Below are positions 9,233 to 18,535 of a stretch of 64,000 nt of DNA, one piece after another. The notes under the pieces were generated by a model, which ran no database searches, was not told where the DNA came from, and was given only the letters and a program-made list of their open reading frames with translations. Made by a program: the position numbers and the translations under genes. The DNA lies in contig JANRKO010000074.1 in NCBI GenBank assembly GCA_033763455.1, forward strand, positions 1-64,000, in the 5' to 3' direction. The stretch is from Polyangiaceae bacterium. Its GTDB lineage: Bacteria; Myxococcota_A; Polyangia; Polyangiales; Polyangiaceae. How positions within the stretch are numbered: the first letter of the stretch is position 1; every line of letters begins with the position of its first letter.

Positions 9233-11161
9233 ATGCGCGAGCACGTCGACGACGACACGCAAGATCCCAACCAACGCCTGCCCGTCGGAGCTATCATTGC
9301 CGAGCGCTATCGGATCGAGGCGCTGCTGGGTGAAGGGGGCATGGGTGCGGTGTATCGGGCACAGCATGTGCTGATGCAAAAGACCTTCGCGGTGAAGGTG
9401 TTGCATCGCCACATGACGCTCCTGGACGAAGCCGTTCGGCGTTTTGAGCGAGAAGCTGTAGCGGCAGGGCGCATCGAACACCCCAATGTAGCCACCGCCA
9501 CTGATTTTGGGCGCCTCGAAGACGGCTCCTTCTACTTGGTACTGGAGTTCGTGGCTGGCAAGACGCTGCGCGAGTTGCTTCAGCAAGAAGGGGCGTTGCC
9601 TGTAGAGCGAGCTCTCTCAATTGCTCGCCAGACGGCCCTGGGGCTAGGCGCGGCCCATGCGGTAAGCGTAGTGCACCGTGATCTCAAGCCCGACAATATC
9701 ATGTTAGTTGCCCGAGAATCGGCGCCGGATCTCGTGAAGGTGCTCGATTTTGGGATTGCGCAGGTGAAGGGTGACGAACCCACGCGTGGCCCGGTGACGC
9801 AGTTTGGAGCTGTGTTTGGCACGCCTCAGTACATGGCGCCTGAGCAAGCTGCGGGGCAAACAGTGGACCAGCGCGCTGACCTCTATGCTCTCGGACTGAT
9901 CCTTGATGAGATGCTCCGTGGGGCACCCACTTTTCAGGCAAGTGAGCTCGTCGCGCTGCTCAGTAAGCAGTTGGTGGAAGCGCCGCCACAGCTTCCGGAT
10001 TCAATCCCCACACCCGTGCGAGCTCTGGTTGCCCAGCTCCTCCAGAAGAATGTGGAAGATCGCGTGCAATCAGCGGGGGAGCTGGTTGCCAAGTTGGATG
10101 AATTGCTCGGTATTCGAGCGACTCTTCCTAGCAGCGAGCTGGGCCACGGGGTGGCGCCCACGGAAAGAATCATCGCTGTGGGCGGCTCCGCGCCTATTTC
10201 AAGCCGAATCCGCCAAGGTCTCGCTGTGGCTCTTACACAGTTCAGCGTCTTGGAAAAGCGGGTCCGATCGGTTTGCGATAGGCTCCCTTGGTTGAGGATG
10301 TTTTTGGAGGGTTCGCCAATAGTGGGGCTCTCACGGGGGCGCCTCTTGAGCGCTGTTTTAGCCATTTTGCTGGTCGTGGGCTTGGGGGCCTCCCTCCGCG
10401 GGAAGCGTGCCTCGCTGGGTTCTCCAGGTTCGGGCGCATCTGCGCTCCAACAGCAGAGGAGCGATGGACTAAGTGGTGGCTCAGGCGAAGAAGAAGCCAT
10501 GCCTCCCGAGCTCAGAAATCTTCTCCGCCTTGCACGCACGGGCAACAAGACTGCGCTCGATGGGTTGGAGCTGCGGGCTGATTCAGAGCGAAGCGCTGCG
10601 GAGTGGTCGGCGTTAGCCGAAGGGCGGCTCAAGCAGCGGCAAGTAGAGAAGGCCTTGGACGCGATAGAGCATGTGCTCTCCGTGGACGAAAACACGCCGC
10701 TTAGCCCTGAACTGCTCTCGGGCCTTAGGTTACAGGTAAATGAGCCAAGCGTAGGCCCGAGGATCCTGAACTTTGCAGCTAAACGCCTGAAGAGCGACGG
10801 TGCGGATCTTCTCTTCAATACGTACGCGGCCACCTCGCTCGTAACGGAAGCCACCCGGCAAGCCAAAGAGTTGCTCTTCTCCGCCGAAGTGAAACAACAC
10901 TGGTCTGAGGCGCTTAGTATTGCGTTAGCCCTTCGCGCGGCTGAAAGCTGCGAAGATTCCTTGAAGCTTCTCGATCGCGCGGTGCAGTTCGCAGACGAAC
11001 GCTCTCTCAAGCCGCTCAAAGACTTGAAGAACGAGACGGGTTGCGGGGCCAACAAGCGCGCCGACTGCTACCCCTGCCTGCGCGGGAGCAACAAGCTAGA
11101 GGCGGCCATCAACCAGGCCCAGATGAACAAAGCCCCCCGCTACGGGGATGACAGATGGTGA
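9233..11161 (+). CDS. Membrane-bound Hanks-type Ser/Thr protein kinase
   Basis: LGEGGMGAVY, AVKVL, HRDLKPDN, DFG, GTPQYMAPE and DLYALG. One TM helix and a helical C-terminal domain with a Cys cluster. Confidence 0.95.
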   Translation: MREHVDDDTQDPNQRLPVGAIIAERYRIEALLGEGGMGAVYRAQHVLMQKTFAVKVLHRHMTLLDEAVRRFEREAVAAGRIEHPNVATATDFGRLEDGSFYLVLEFVAGKTLRELLQQEGALPVERALSIARQTALGLGAAHAVSVVHRDLKPDNIMLVARESAPDLVKVLDFGIAQVKGDEPTRGPVTQFGAVFGTPQYMAPEQAAGQTVDQRADLYALGLILDEMLRGAPTFQASELVALLSKQLVEAPPQLPDSIPTPVRALVAQLLQKNVEDRVQSAGELVAKLDELLGIRATLPSSELGHGVAPTERIIAVGGSAPISSRIRQGLAVALTQFSVLEKRVRSVCDRLPWLRMFLEGSPIVGLSRGRLLSAVLAILLVVGLGASLRGKRASLGSPGSGASALQQQRSDGLSGGSGEEEAMPPELRNLLRLARTGNKTALDGLELRADSERSAAEWSALAEGRLKQRQVEKALDAIEHVLSVDENTPLSPELLSGLRLQVNEPSVGPRILNFAAKRLKSDGADLLFNTYAATSLVTEATRQAKELLFSAEVKQHWSEALSIALALRAAESCEDSLKLLDRAVQFADERSLKPLKDLKNETGCGANKRADCYPCLRGSNKLEAAINQAQMNKAPRYGDDRW

Positions 11162-11549
11162 AATGCAATCCGGGGTCCGCCGATGACACACGGAGTAGAT
11201 TAGAGATTTCGGTGAGTATGGATTGATCCGTTTTGGGGCGAATCCGCGACCGTGCGGGGCCAAACATTTCAAGCGGATCTTCGACAGTGCGCACATGTTT
11301 CGCATTTCCTTCGAACGAGGCTGACGCCGCCGATTGTGGCACATGGATGTGTCAACCCTGCCCTACCCCCGTCGCCCCCCGGATCTGCTGCCTTTTCATA
11401 GCCAATGAGGGATTTATCCATGGCGCTCCGGTGCGGGACGCACTAGTATAATTACACCACTTGCAGCTGCCGCCTCTCTAAAGAGGTGGTGAGCCGCGTA
11501 GTACAATCCCGACACTCACCAGCAGGCAATACTTGGCAGGAATTGGGAC

Positions 11550-13325
11550 ATGAGTTTACCCCTTCGAACGTTTGCTCTCGTTACAGGTTCTGGGCTCGCC
11601 GCGAGCTTATTTTTGTTGGCGGCGGGGTGTGCGCCCACGGTGGAGTCGAATCGTCCGCCGAGGCCCGTTGCTACGACGGGTGCTGGAGGAAGCGTCAACG
11701 GGTTGGGTGGGGGGAGCAGTGTCGGCACGGGTGGCACCCCAGCGGGTTCCGGGGGAAGCCCTGCAACGGTCCCTACGGGCGAGCAGTTGAAGCCTTTCAA
11801 CTTGAAGTGCGACCCGGGCGCTGTGGCACCGCCTGCCGCACGCCGAATCATGTTGCTCTCTCCGGCTGAGTTTACCGCCTCGGTGGGTGCGGCGGCACCG
11901 ATCGATCAGGCCAGCACCGCTGGCTTTGTTCCGGCAAGCACGATTGGTATCGCGCCTGCGCTCAACGACACAGTCGACAAGAATCGCTACATCAAGCTGG
12001 ATGCGGTGGCGACCGGGAGCGCAACCTTGGCCTCCGCGGCTCCGATGGGCCTTGGGTGCAACGTTTCGGAGTTTGGGAAGAACGCCACCTGCACTTCGGC
12101 GTACCTAGATGCGGCCACGAAGAAGTTCTTCCGCGGCCGCTCCACCCCTGAAGATGTCACGGCGCTTGCATCTCTCGCCTCCGAAGTTGCCGGTCGTTCC
12201 GACGGTAAAACAGCGTTTGAGTACGCGACGCGAGCAATGGCCCTATCGCCGAAGTCCGTGTACGCGACCGAAGGGATCGATCGCACGGTGGCCGGAAACG
12301 TCCCTGCGGCCATGAGCCCGGAGGAGATGGCCTCGTACCTGTCTTTCCGTATTACGAAGCTTCCCCCTACGGACGCGTTTATTCAGGCAATTCGCGCGCT
12401 GCCATCACCCAATCCGGCGAGTCTGGCTGCGCTCATTGATCAGCAGCTCATGCCCGCATCCGTTGCGAAAGGCACGAACGATTTTCTGGCAGTATGGTTC
12501 AACTTGGGAGCCCTAACGGGTGGAAACCTCGCCAAAGATCAGACGAAGCACCCGGGGTTCGACTTGCCGTTTCAGGCGCAGCTCCAGAAGGAAACCTACG
12601 ACACGCTTTACGATCAGCTCCTGGCCCCGGGAACGGGCGATCTTTTGCGCTTGCTCACGCAGAATTTCCAATCTGTGCTGATGAAAGACGCACAGAATCC
12701 ATTGATTCAGAAGTACGGTCGCCCCGGTATTATGGCGATGCCTGGCTTTATCGCGAGCATCTCAGCGCCTGAGCACACAGATTTGCCAAAGCGAGGTCGC
12801 GCCCTCGTGAACGCTTTCTTCTGCGAAGGCCAGCAGCCTCCTCCTCCGGGCATTACCAAGCCGAAAGATCTTCCTCAGGGCATTCGCGCCCAATTTGAAG
12901 CGATTGAGGGCCTTCCAGGTTGCGGTGGTTGCCACACGCGCATCAACCCGCTTGCCTACCCGATGGAACGGTACGACGAGATTGGCAACCCACGCGAGTT
13001 GGACGATGGAGGTCAGGCCATTGATCCTTCCGGCGCCCATGCGATTGTTCCCGGCACAGCTCGGGACTTCACCTATACCGACATGGCAGATCTCGGTGCG
13101 AAGATGGCAGCTAAACGAGAAGCTCAGCTCTGTGCCAGCATCAAGGCGTTTGAATACGTAACCCGCGCACAAGCGGTGGCTGCCTCTGCCGGCGTGACTC
13201 CCGTTAGGGATGATAGCTGCACCGTGAGTCAGATAACCGAAAGTGCGGGCGCTTCCAGCTTCAAGCTCACGGATATCTTCCGTGACGCACTCGTACAGAC
13301 AGCCCTTTCGCCACGCGCCGACTGA
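11550..13325 (+). CDS. DUF1592/DUF1588-family lipoprotein with CxxCH motif
   Basis: Lipobox LAAGC, Gly-rich linker, then KRGRALVNAFFC...PPPP and CGGCHTRINPLAYPMERYDEIG typical of DUF1588. Sits next to a DUF1552 gene. Confidence 0.85.
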   Translation: MSLPLRTFALVTGSGLAASLFLLAAGCAPTVESNRPPRPVATTGAGGSVNGLGGGSSVGTGGTPAGSGGSPATVPTGEQLKPFNLKCDPGAVAPPAARRIMLLSPAEFTASVGAAAPIDQASTAGFVPASTIGIAPALNDTVDKNRYIKLDAVATGSATLASAAPMGLGCNVSEFGKNATCTSAYLDAATKKFFRGRSTPEDVTALASLASEVAGRSDGKTAFEYATRAMALSPKSVYATEGIDRTVAGNVPAAMSPEEMASYLSFRITKLPPTDAFIQAIRALPSPNPASLAALIDQQLMPASVAKGTNDFLAVWFNLGALTGGNLAKDQTKHPGFDLPFQAQLQKETYDTLYDQLLAPGTGDLLRLLTQNFQSVLMKDAQNPLIQKYGRPGIMAMPGFIASISAPEHTDLPKRGRALVNAFFCEGQQPPPPGITKPKDLPQGIRAQFEAIEGLPGCGGCHTRINPLAYPMERYDEIGNPRELDDGGQAIDPSGAHAIVPGTARDFTYTDMADLGAKMAAKREAQLCASIKAFEYVTRAQAVAASAGVTPVRDDSCTVSQITESAGASSFKLTDIFRDALVQTALSPRAD

Positions 13326-13349
13326 ACAAAGCTTCGGGAGTTTACGAAC

Positions 13350-14774
13350 ATGCTGATTAAGACCCATCGTCGAAAGTTTCTTGGAGCTCTAGGCACCGCC
13401 ACCTTCGCTGCATCGGCTCTCCGCTATTTCATCAAGTCCGCTGAAGCACAGACGGCTCCTAAGCGGTTCGTTTTCCTCTTTACTCCGAACGGGGCAGATA
13501 GCGGAGCTGCAAGTACGGGCACCGGCACGGGGTATACGTTGGGTCCGGACATGACCATGTTCGAACCCCTCAAGAGTAAGTTTAGTGTCCTAGATGGCCT
13601 ACAGATCCCCGACCATGGCGGCGAAGAGCATCCTTCGGGGCGCTGCTCCATGCTGAGCGCGTGGCGTTCGTCCGGGAGTAACGCGACGGCTGGCAATAGA
13701 GGTCAGTCGATCGACATCTTCCTGCGCGATAAGATCGCCAATGGTGCTTCCGTGTACATGGGTACCCACGCGCCCGATGATGCTCTCGATCTACCGATCA
13801 GTTGGGTCGGCCCAGGTCAGCGAAACTCAGCATTCGTTGGTGGCCCTGGGCAGGTTGCGGCCGTCCAGGCAGAGCTGTTCAGGAACGCACCGACCATGCC
13901 ACCCCCGGCAACCACAAGCACGGCTGAAGCGAAAACGCAGAATGAACTCGCGCTCAATAGCTACCTCACGAGTGAGTTGAACAAGCTGCGCTCCGTCGCC
14001 CCTGCGGCGGAATACGCCAAACTCGATCAACACCTCCAAGCGCTGAGTCAGATTCGCACCGACCTGGGTGGCACTGGCAACCAGTTCAACGGGGTATGTG
14101 ATACGTCGATCAGCGCATCAAGCGACGACGCAGACAAGATGGGGTTACTCCTGGCACACGCAATTGCCTGTAACCAAACGAAGGTTGCCGTGTTCCGCAT
14201 TGGTTCTTACGAGCCCAGCCACGTGCACAGCCACTGGCAGGAGGGTGGTATGCAGGGGTTTGATGGGGAGGGCTGTGCAATTATCGACACCGATAATATG
14301 AACGATCCCGCGCTCATTGAGGCTCAGAATTGCCACCGCGCGAAATTTAGGGCCATTAGCAAGGTATGGGCGCAGAACATCAAGAACTTCCTGACCGCTC
14401 TTGATTCGATTCCCGAGGGGACCGGCACCGTCCTCGACAACACGGCGGTGGTTTGGAGCAGTGAGCTCTCCGGCCACTATCTTTCGGACTACTATAAGAA
14501 GAACTACGCATTCGGTGCCCCGCCGTTTAACAACCCCTTTGGGGACATCTCCGAGGGTTCTGTGAATACCCACGGCACCGTCGACATGCCGTTCTGGATG
14601 GCGGGTGGCAAGAATCTAGGTCTCATTCAAGGGCAGCGCATTGTGGCCCAAGATCGCTATGCTGGTGAGCTCTACAAAGCTATCGCACTCCAGATGGGTG
14701 TTCCCATGGGCGACCTTGGCGCTTATGGCGAGCCACATTACGCACCGGGGATTCTCCAAGAGGTTGTTGGCTGA
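13350..14774 (+). CDS. DUF1552 (HXXSHH-like) Tat-exported protein
   Basis: Tat motif RRKFL, PKRFVFLFTPNG, QSIDIFL, KLDQHL, HVHSHW and EGTGTVLDNTAVVWSSE. Confidence 0.88.
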   Translation: MLIKTHRRKFLGALGTATFAASALRYFIKSAEAQTAPKRFVFLFTPNGADSGAASTGTGTGYTLGPDMTMFEPLKSKFSVLDGLQIPDHGGEEHPSGRCSMLSAWRSSGSNATAGNRGQSIDIFLRDKIANGASVYMGTHAPDDALDLPISWVGPGQRNSAFVGGPGQVAAVQAELFRNAPTMPPPATTSTAEAKTQNELALNSYLTSELNKLRSVAPAAEYAKLDQHLQALSQIRTDLGGTGNQFNGVCDTSISASSDDADKMGLLLAHAIACNQTKVAVFRIGSYEPSHVHSHWQEGGMQGFDGEGCAIIDTDNMNDPALIEAQNCHRAKFRAISKVWAQNIKNFLTALDSIPEGTGTVLDNTAVVWSSELSGHYLSDYYKKNYAFGAPPFNNPFGDISEGSVNTHGTVDMPFWMAGGKNLGLIQGQRIVAQDRYAGELYKAIALQMGVPMGDLGAYGEPHYAPGILQEVVG

Positions 14775-14849
14775 GCCGCGCGAGACATCCCCTCCGTTTA
14801 GGCTCCTTTCAGGGCATCTCTCTAAGGGGTGGCTCGACTGATACCGAGT

Positions 14850-15647
14850 TTACACCCCCCGAAATACCGGCTTCCGCTTTTCTGAGAAAGCTGTGAGTGC
14901 TTCCCTTCGGTCAGCACTCGTGAGGCACGCTTCGTACGCTTGGCGTTCTACTTCGAGACCTTCGGTAATGGGGAGAGTGTGAGAGGCTTCAATCGCAGTG
15001 AGTGCGGCGGCTTGGGCTAGGGGGGCGCCATTCAGAAGTGGAGCTATCCAGGCTAACGCTTCTGCTCGTAAATCCGAACCGTGAGGTACCACATGGTTTA
15101 CGAGGCCGATTTGCAGGGCTTCTTCGGCTGTGAGCCGTTCGGCCCGTAAAATAAGCTGTTTAGCGCGGCCTTCACCGATGATACGGGGCAGGCGCTGGGT
15201 GCCGCCTGCGGCTGGAATGATGCCGAGGCTTGTTTCTGGGAGGCCCAAGCTGGCGTGGCCTGCTGCGATGCGCAGATCGCACATGAGGGCCAATTCTAGT
15301 CCGCCTCCGAGCGCGGCACCGTTGATGACAGCTACCACCGGCACCCTGGAGCTATCGAGCCAATTGAGCTCGGTGCGGTAAAGATTGAGTTGAGCGCGCA
15401 CTTCGTCGTCGCTCATGCCCGCGCGTTCCTTGAGATCGGCGCCGGCACAAAAGGCTTTGTCGCCCTCGCCTGTGAGGAGAATAGCGCGGAGCTTCGCGTG
15501 GGTTGCAAGCTCTCGCCCAATTGTTCCCAACTCAAGCACCATGGCACGCGAGAGAGCGTTCATTCTCGCAGGGCGGCGGAGTGTTACCCACGCTACTCTG
15601 CCATCAAGCTCCAAGGTTACGGGGGGTGTTTCCATCGGCTGTTCCAC
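14850..15647 (-). CDS. Enoyl-CoA hydratase/isomerase (crotonase family)
   Basis: AFCAGADLKE, NGAALGGGLELALMCDLR and PETSLGIIPAAGGTQRLPR. Confidence 0.93.
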   Translation of the reverse strand: MEQPMETPPVTLELDGRVAWVTLRRPARMNALSRAMVLELGTIGRELATHAKLRAILLTGEGDKAFCAGADLKERAGMSDDEVRAQLNLYRTELNWLDSSRVPVVAVINGAALGGGLELALMCDLRIAAGHASLGLPETSLGIIPAAGGTQRLPRIIGEGRAKQLILRAERLTAEEALQIGLVNHVVPHGSDLRAEALAWIAPLLNGAPLAQAAALTAIEASHTLPITEGLEVERQAYEACLTSADRREALTAFSEKRKPVFRGV

Positions 15648-15664
15648 GAATCGGTGACTTGCGA

Positions 15665-18496
15665 TCAGCGCGCCTTCTTGCCTCGACCCTTGGCTTTAGT
15701 TGCGGGCTTCTGCGGCAAAGAGGGGGCCTTGGATTTCTGGGATTTTTTCTGCTTTTTTGTGGGATTTGGGGGCTCCGTAGGTGCGGCCTGGTGCTTCTGC
15801 TTCTTGCCCTTCTTGCGGGTTGGCTCCTCAGCGTGCGTCGGCTCTTTGGCTTCGTGAGCTCTTTTGGCCGCGGGCGCCTCACCTGACTCTGGGGCATCCT
15901 TGGAACTCCGCTCCGTGCCGGTTGTCGCACTCTTCGAACTGCGCTCTTTGTTAGCTGCCGCATCGTGCTTGGAACTGTGGCGACCTTCCAACTTGCTCAT
16001 GCGTGCTTTGAGATCGGAAAGCTCATGCTTGAGCGCCTCTACGTCTTCCCCATGAGCCGCTTTGCTGGTGCTCACGAGCTCACGCAGGGCTTCTCGTAGC
16101 CGACGCTCCACGCGGCCGTCTGTTTCTCGCTCTAGGCGTCGGGTGAGTGCTCCGCGTACCTTCAGATCTCCGAGGCGCACTAGAGCTCTTACTACGTCGA
16201 TGCGCAGGTACGGATCCGGATCGTCGAGTAGCTCTTCCAGGTGATGCCGCACTTTTCGAGACTCTGAGACTTGGCTCAAAGCCGAGATCGCCGCGCGCCT
16301 TCCCCGAGTGGGCTTGCCGTAGCTTGAGTGCTCGATGAGTGCCTCAAGCGTGGAATCGTCGCGCAAAAGGCCAAGGCCATCGAGTGCCCCCGCACGCGTG
16401 ATGTCCGCCCACGATTTGCGCTCTAACAAGCGTAGGAGAGCCTTTTTGACTCCATGTTGGCGAGTGCGGCCGAGGGCGCGGCTGGCTTCGCTTTCCACCA
16501 GGTAGCTCGCATCTTCTTCGGCGAGCGGCAGCAGATTCTCAACAGCTTCTGGCGTGCGAAAATGACCAAGGGCCGCAACGGCCGCACGGCGCACCTTGGG
16601 GTGGGGGGTCTTGAGTGCGGCACTCAAAGCTTGAAACGCCAAATCTCCACGCAGCTTGCCGAGGACCTCAGCGGCCTCGCTGCGCACCATCCACGCCTCT
16701 TGCTCGTTGGCTAGGGATTTGGCTAGAGCCTCCACACTCAGCAAATCAGAGCGTTGCCCAAGAGCTTCAGCGGCAACCCAGCGGAGGCGAGCGGTTGGCG
16801 CATCCGTGAGCTGACGGCGCAACATGTCTGCGGGGCAGGTGAGGGTCACGGGAGCGGTGAGCTTGAAATCAGGATCGAAGGCAACCCACTGGGGCTTCTC
16901 TGCACAAGGCACAGCAATGGCGTCCTGAACGGAGTCGATACGCTTCTGGTGCCGCAGAAGGGTTCCCGACTTGGTACACACCAAGATCTCCACGTCGAGC
17001 GCAAAGAGGCCTGTGGTTTGGGTCTGTTTGACTTGAACGGAGAGAAGCTTTTCGTCGTAGCTGACGTTCACTTTGAGCACGGGGTGGCCCGCTCGAAACA
17101 CCCATTCGTCGAAGAACTCCTCGAAAGATTCGCCCGAAACGGACTCCATGGCTCGCATCAGATCAGTCGTCTCTACGATGCCACCTCGATGCAGCTCCAG
17201 GTAACGGCGCACACCCGAAAAGAAAAGCTCATCGCCCATATGGCGGCGGAGCATGTGCAGTACGAGCCCGCCCTTCTCGTAAAGGTGACGGTCGAACAGA
17301 TCGATGGGCTCGGCGTACTCCCGGCAAACAATGGGGCGTGTATAACGAGTGTTGGCTTCAGAGAGGTAAGCTTGAAGATCGCTCGCAACGCCGTATTCGT
17401 ATTCGTCTTTGCCCAAACGATCTTCGCGCTCTACGTGTTCGAAGAAGGTCGCAAAGCCTTCGTTGAGCCAGGCGTGCGACCAATCCCTACAGGTTAAGAG
17501 ATCTCCAAACCACTGGTGGGCAAGCTCATGGGCGATAAGATCGTTGGAGGTGTTGTCCAGTGCCGCCTTTTCATCGAGCAGGACGTACTCATACATGGTG
17601 GTTGCCGTTGTGTTTTCCATCCCACCAAAAATAAAATCGCTCACTACTACCTGTGAGTAACGACTCCAGGCGAAATCGACGCCCGTAAGGCGCGAAAAGA
17701 GCTCCACCATACGCGGCGTTTCGCCGAAGCTCCGCGAAGCCCCGCGCGCTTTATCTGGCGGAACGAAGTACGTAATCGGTATGTTGCGCCGCATGCCTTC
17801 GGGGCCCACTACGGCATCGCGATCGCTCACGCGTTTGAAATCTCCCACCACAAGCGTTACGAGGTAGCTGGGCAAGGCGTCGTTCATCTTGAAGTGGTAG
17901 CTCCAAGGTTGACCCTTCGGGGTGCTTTCCGCGTAGAGCTCGCCGTTCGAAAGGGCCACCATGCCGTGTGGCACCGTGACCTCCAACTCAAACGTCATCT
18001 TGGTGTGAGGTTTGTCGTGGCAGGGGAACCAGTAGCGAGCATCTTCGTCTTGGCATTGGGACCACACTTGCACTGGGCGGTCTTTAACGAACTTGTCGGG
18101 CTTCAGGAAATAAAGGCCGCGCTCTGGTCGCGCTCGGTAGCCGATTCTCAACTGCCCAAAGCTGAGGTCAGCGGGAATGTGGATCGTGAATTGGTCCCCG
18201 TCGTAGTCGTACTCGATCGGCTCCCAGCTATCACCGCTCAACAAGTCAACGTTTGCTACCGCGAAACCCACGGCATCCAGCGTAAGGCTGGTGGCACTTT
18301 GGGACACTCGTCGAAAGCTCCAGTACGCCTCTCCTCGAACTTCCTGTGCCGGAAGATCGAGGTTCAACACCAGCCGTAGGTGCTCTAGGCGGAAGGGTCG
18401 GCTGCGTTCGTAGTTCCTACGCGTTCCAGCTATTGCAAAGGGCGGTACCCCGAGCGAGCAACCGCAGCGGCTATGAATTCGTGAGTGTCCTCGCAT
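15665..18496 (-). CDS. pepN: M1 family aminopeptidase with C-terminal HEAT repeats and Lys-rich tail
   Basis: GGMEN, HELAHQWFG...WLNEGFA zinc motif and YEKGG, followed by HEAT-like repeats. Confidence 0.92.
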   Translation of the reverse strand: MRGHSRIHSRCGCSLGVPPFAIAGTRRNYERSRPFRLEHLRLVLNLDLPAQEVRGEAYWSFRRVSQSATSLTLDAVGFAVANVDLLSGDSWEPIEYDYDGDQFTIHIPADLSFGQLRIGYRARPERGLYFLKPDKFVKDRPVQVWSQCQDEDARYWFPCHDKPHTKMTFELEVTVPHGMVALSNGELYAESTPKGQPWSYHFKMNDALPSYLVTLVVGDFKRVSDRDAVVGPEGMRRNIPITYFVPPDKARGASRSFGETPRMVELFSRLTGVDFAWSRYSQVVVSDFIFGGMENTTATTMYEYVLLDEKAALDNTSNDLIAHELAHQWFGDLLTCRDWSHAWLNEGFATFFEHVEREDRLGKDEYEYGVASDLQAYLSEANTRYTRPIVCREYAEPIDLFDRHLYEKGGLVLHMLRRHMGDELFFSGVRRYLELHRGGIVETTDLMRAMESVSGESFEEFFDEWVFRAGHPVLKVNVSYDEKLLSVQVKQTQTTGLFALDVEILVCTKSGTLLRHQKRIDSVQDAIAVPCAEKPQWVAFDPDFKLTAPVTLTCPADMLRRQLTDAPTARLRWVAAEALGQRSDLLSVEALAKSLANEQEAWMVRSEAAEVLGKLRGDLAFQALSAALKTPHPKVRRAAVAALGHFRTPEAVENLLPLAEEDASYLVESEASRALGRTRQHGVKKALLRLLERKSWADITRAGALDGLGLLRDDSTLEALIEHSSYGKPTRGRRAAISALSQVSESRKVRHHLEELLDDPDPYLRIDVVRALVRLGDLKVRGALTRRLERETDGRVERRLREALRELVSTSKAAHGEDVEALKHELSDLKARMSKLEGRHSSKHDAAANKERSSKSATTGTERSSKDAPESGEAPAAKRAHEAKEPTHAEEPTRKKGKKQKHQAAPTEPPNPTKKQKKSQKSKAPSLPQKPATKAKGRGKKAR

Positions 18497-18535
18497 CGTT
18501 GTTTAGAGGTACTGGCCTCGGCCGCGCTTGACAAG

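Noticed and set aside
9934..11055. Long antisense and alternate-frame ORFs (this one and many others in the track)
   Set aside because: These are shadow ORFs expected in GC-rich DNA. They overlap well-supported genes and carry no motifs.
11230..11290. c-di-GMP-type riboswitch upstream of the DUF1592 gene
   Set aside because: The resemblance is superficial, and I could not identify a GNRA tetraloop/receptor or a second stem.
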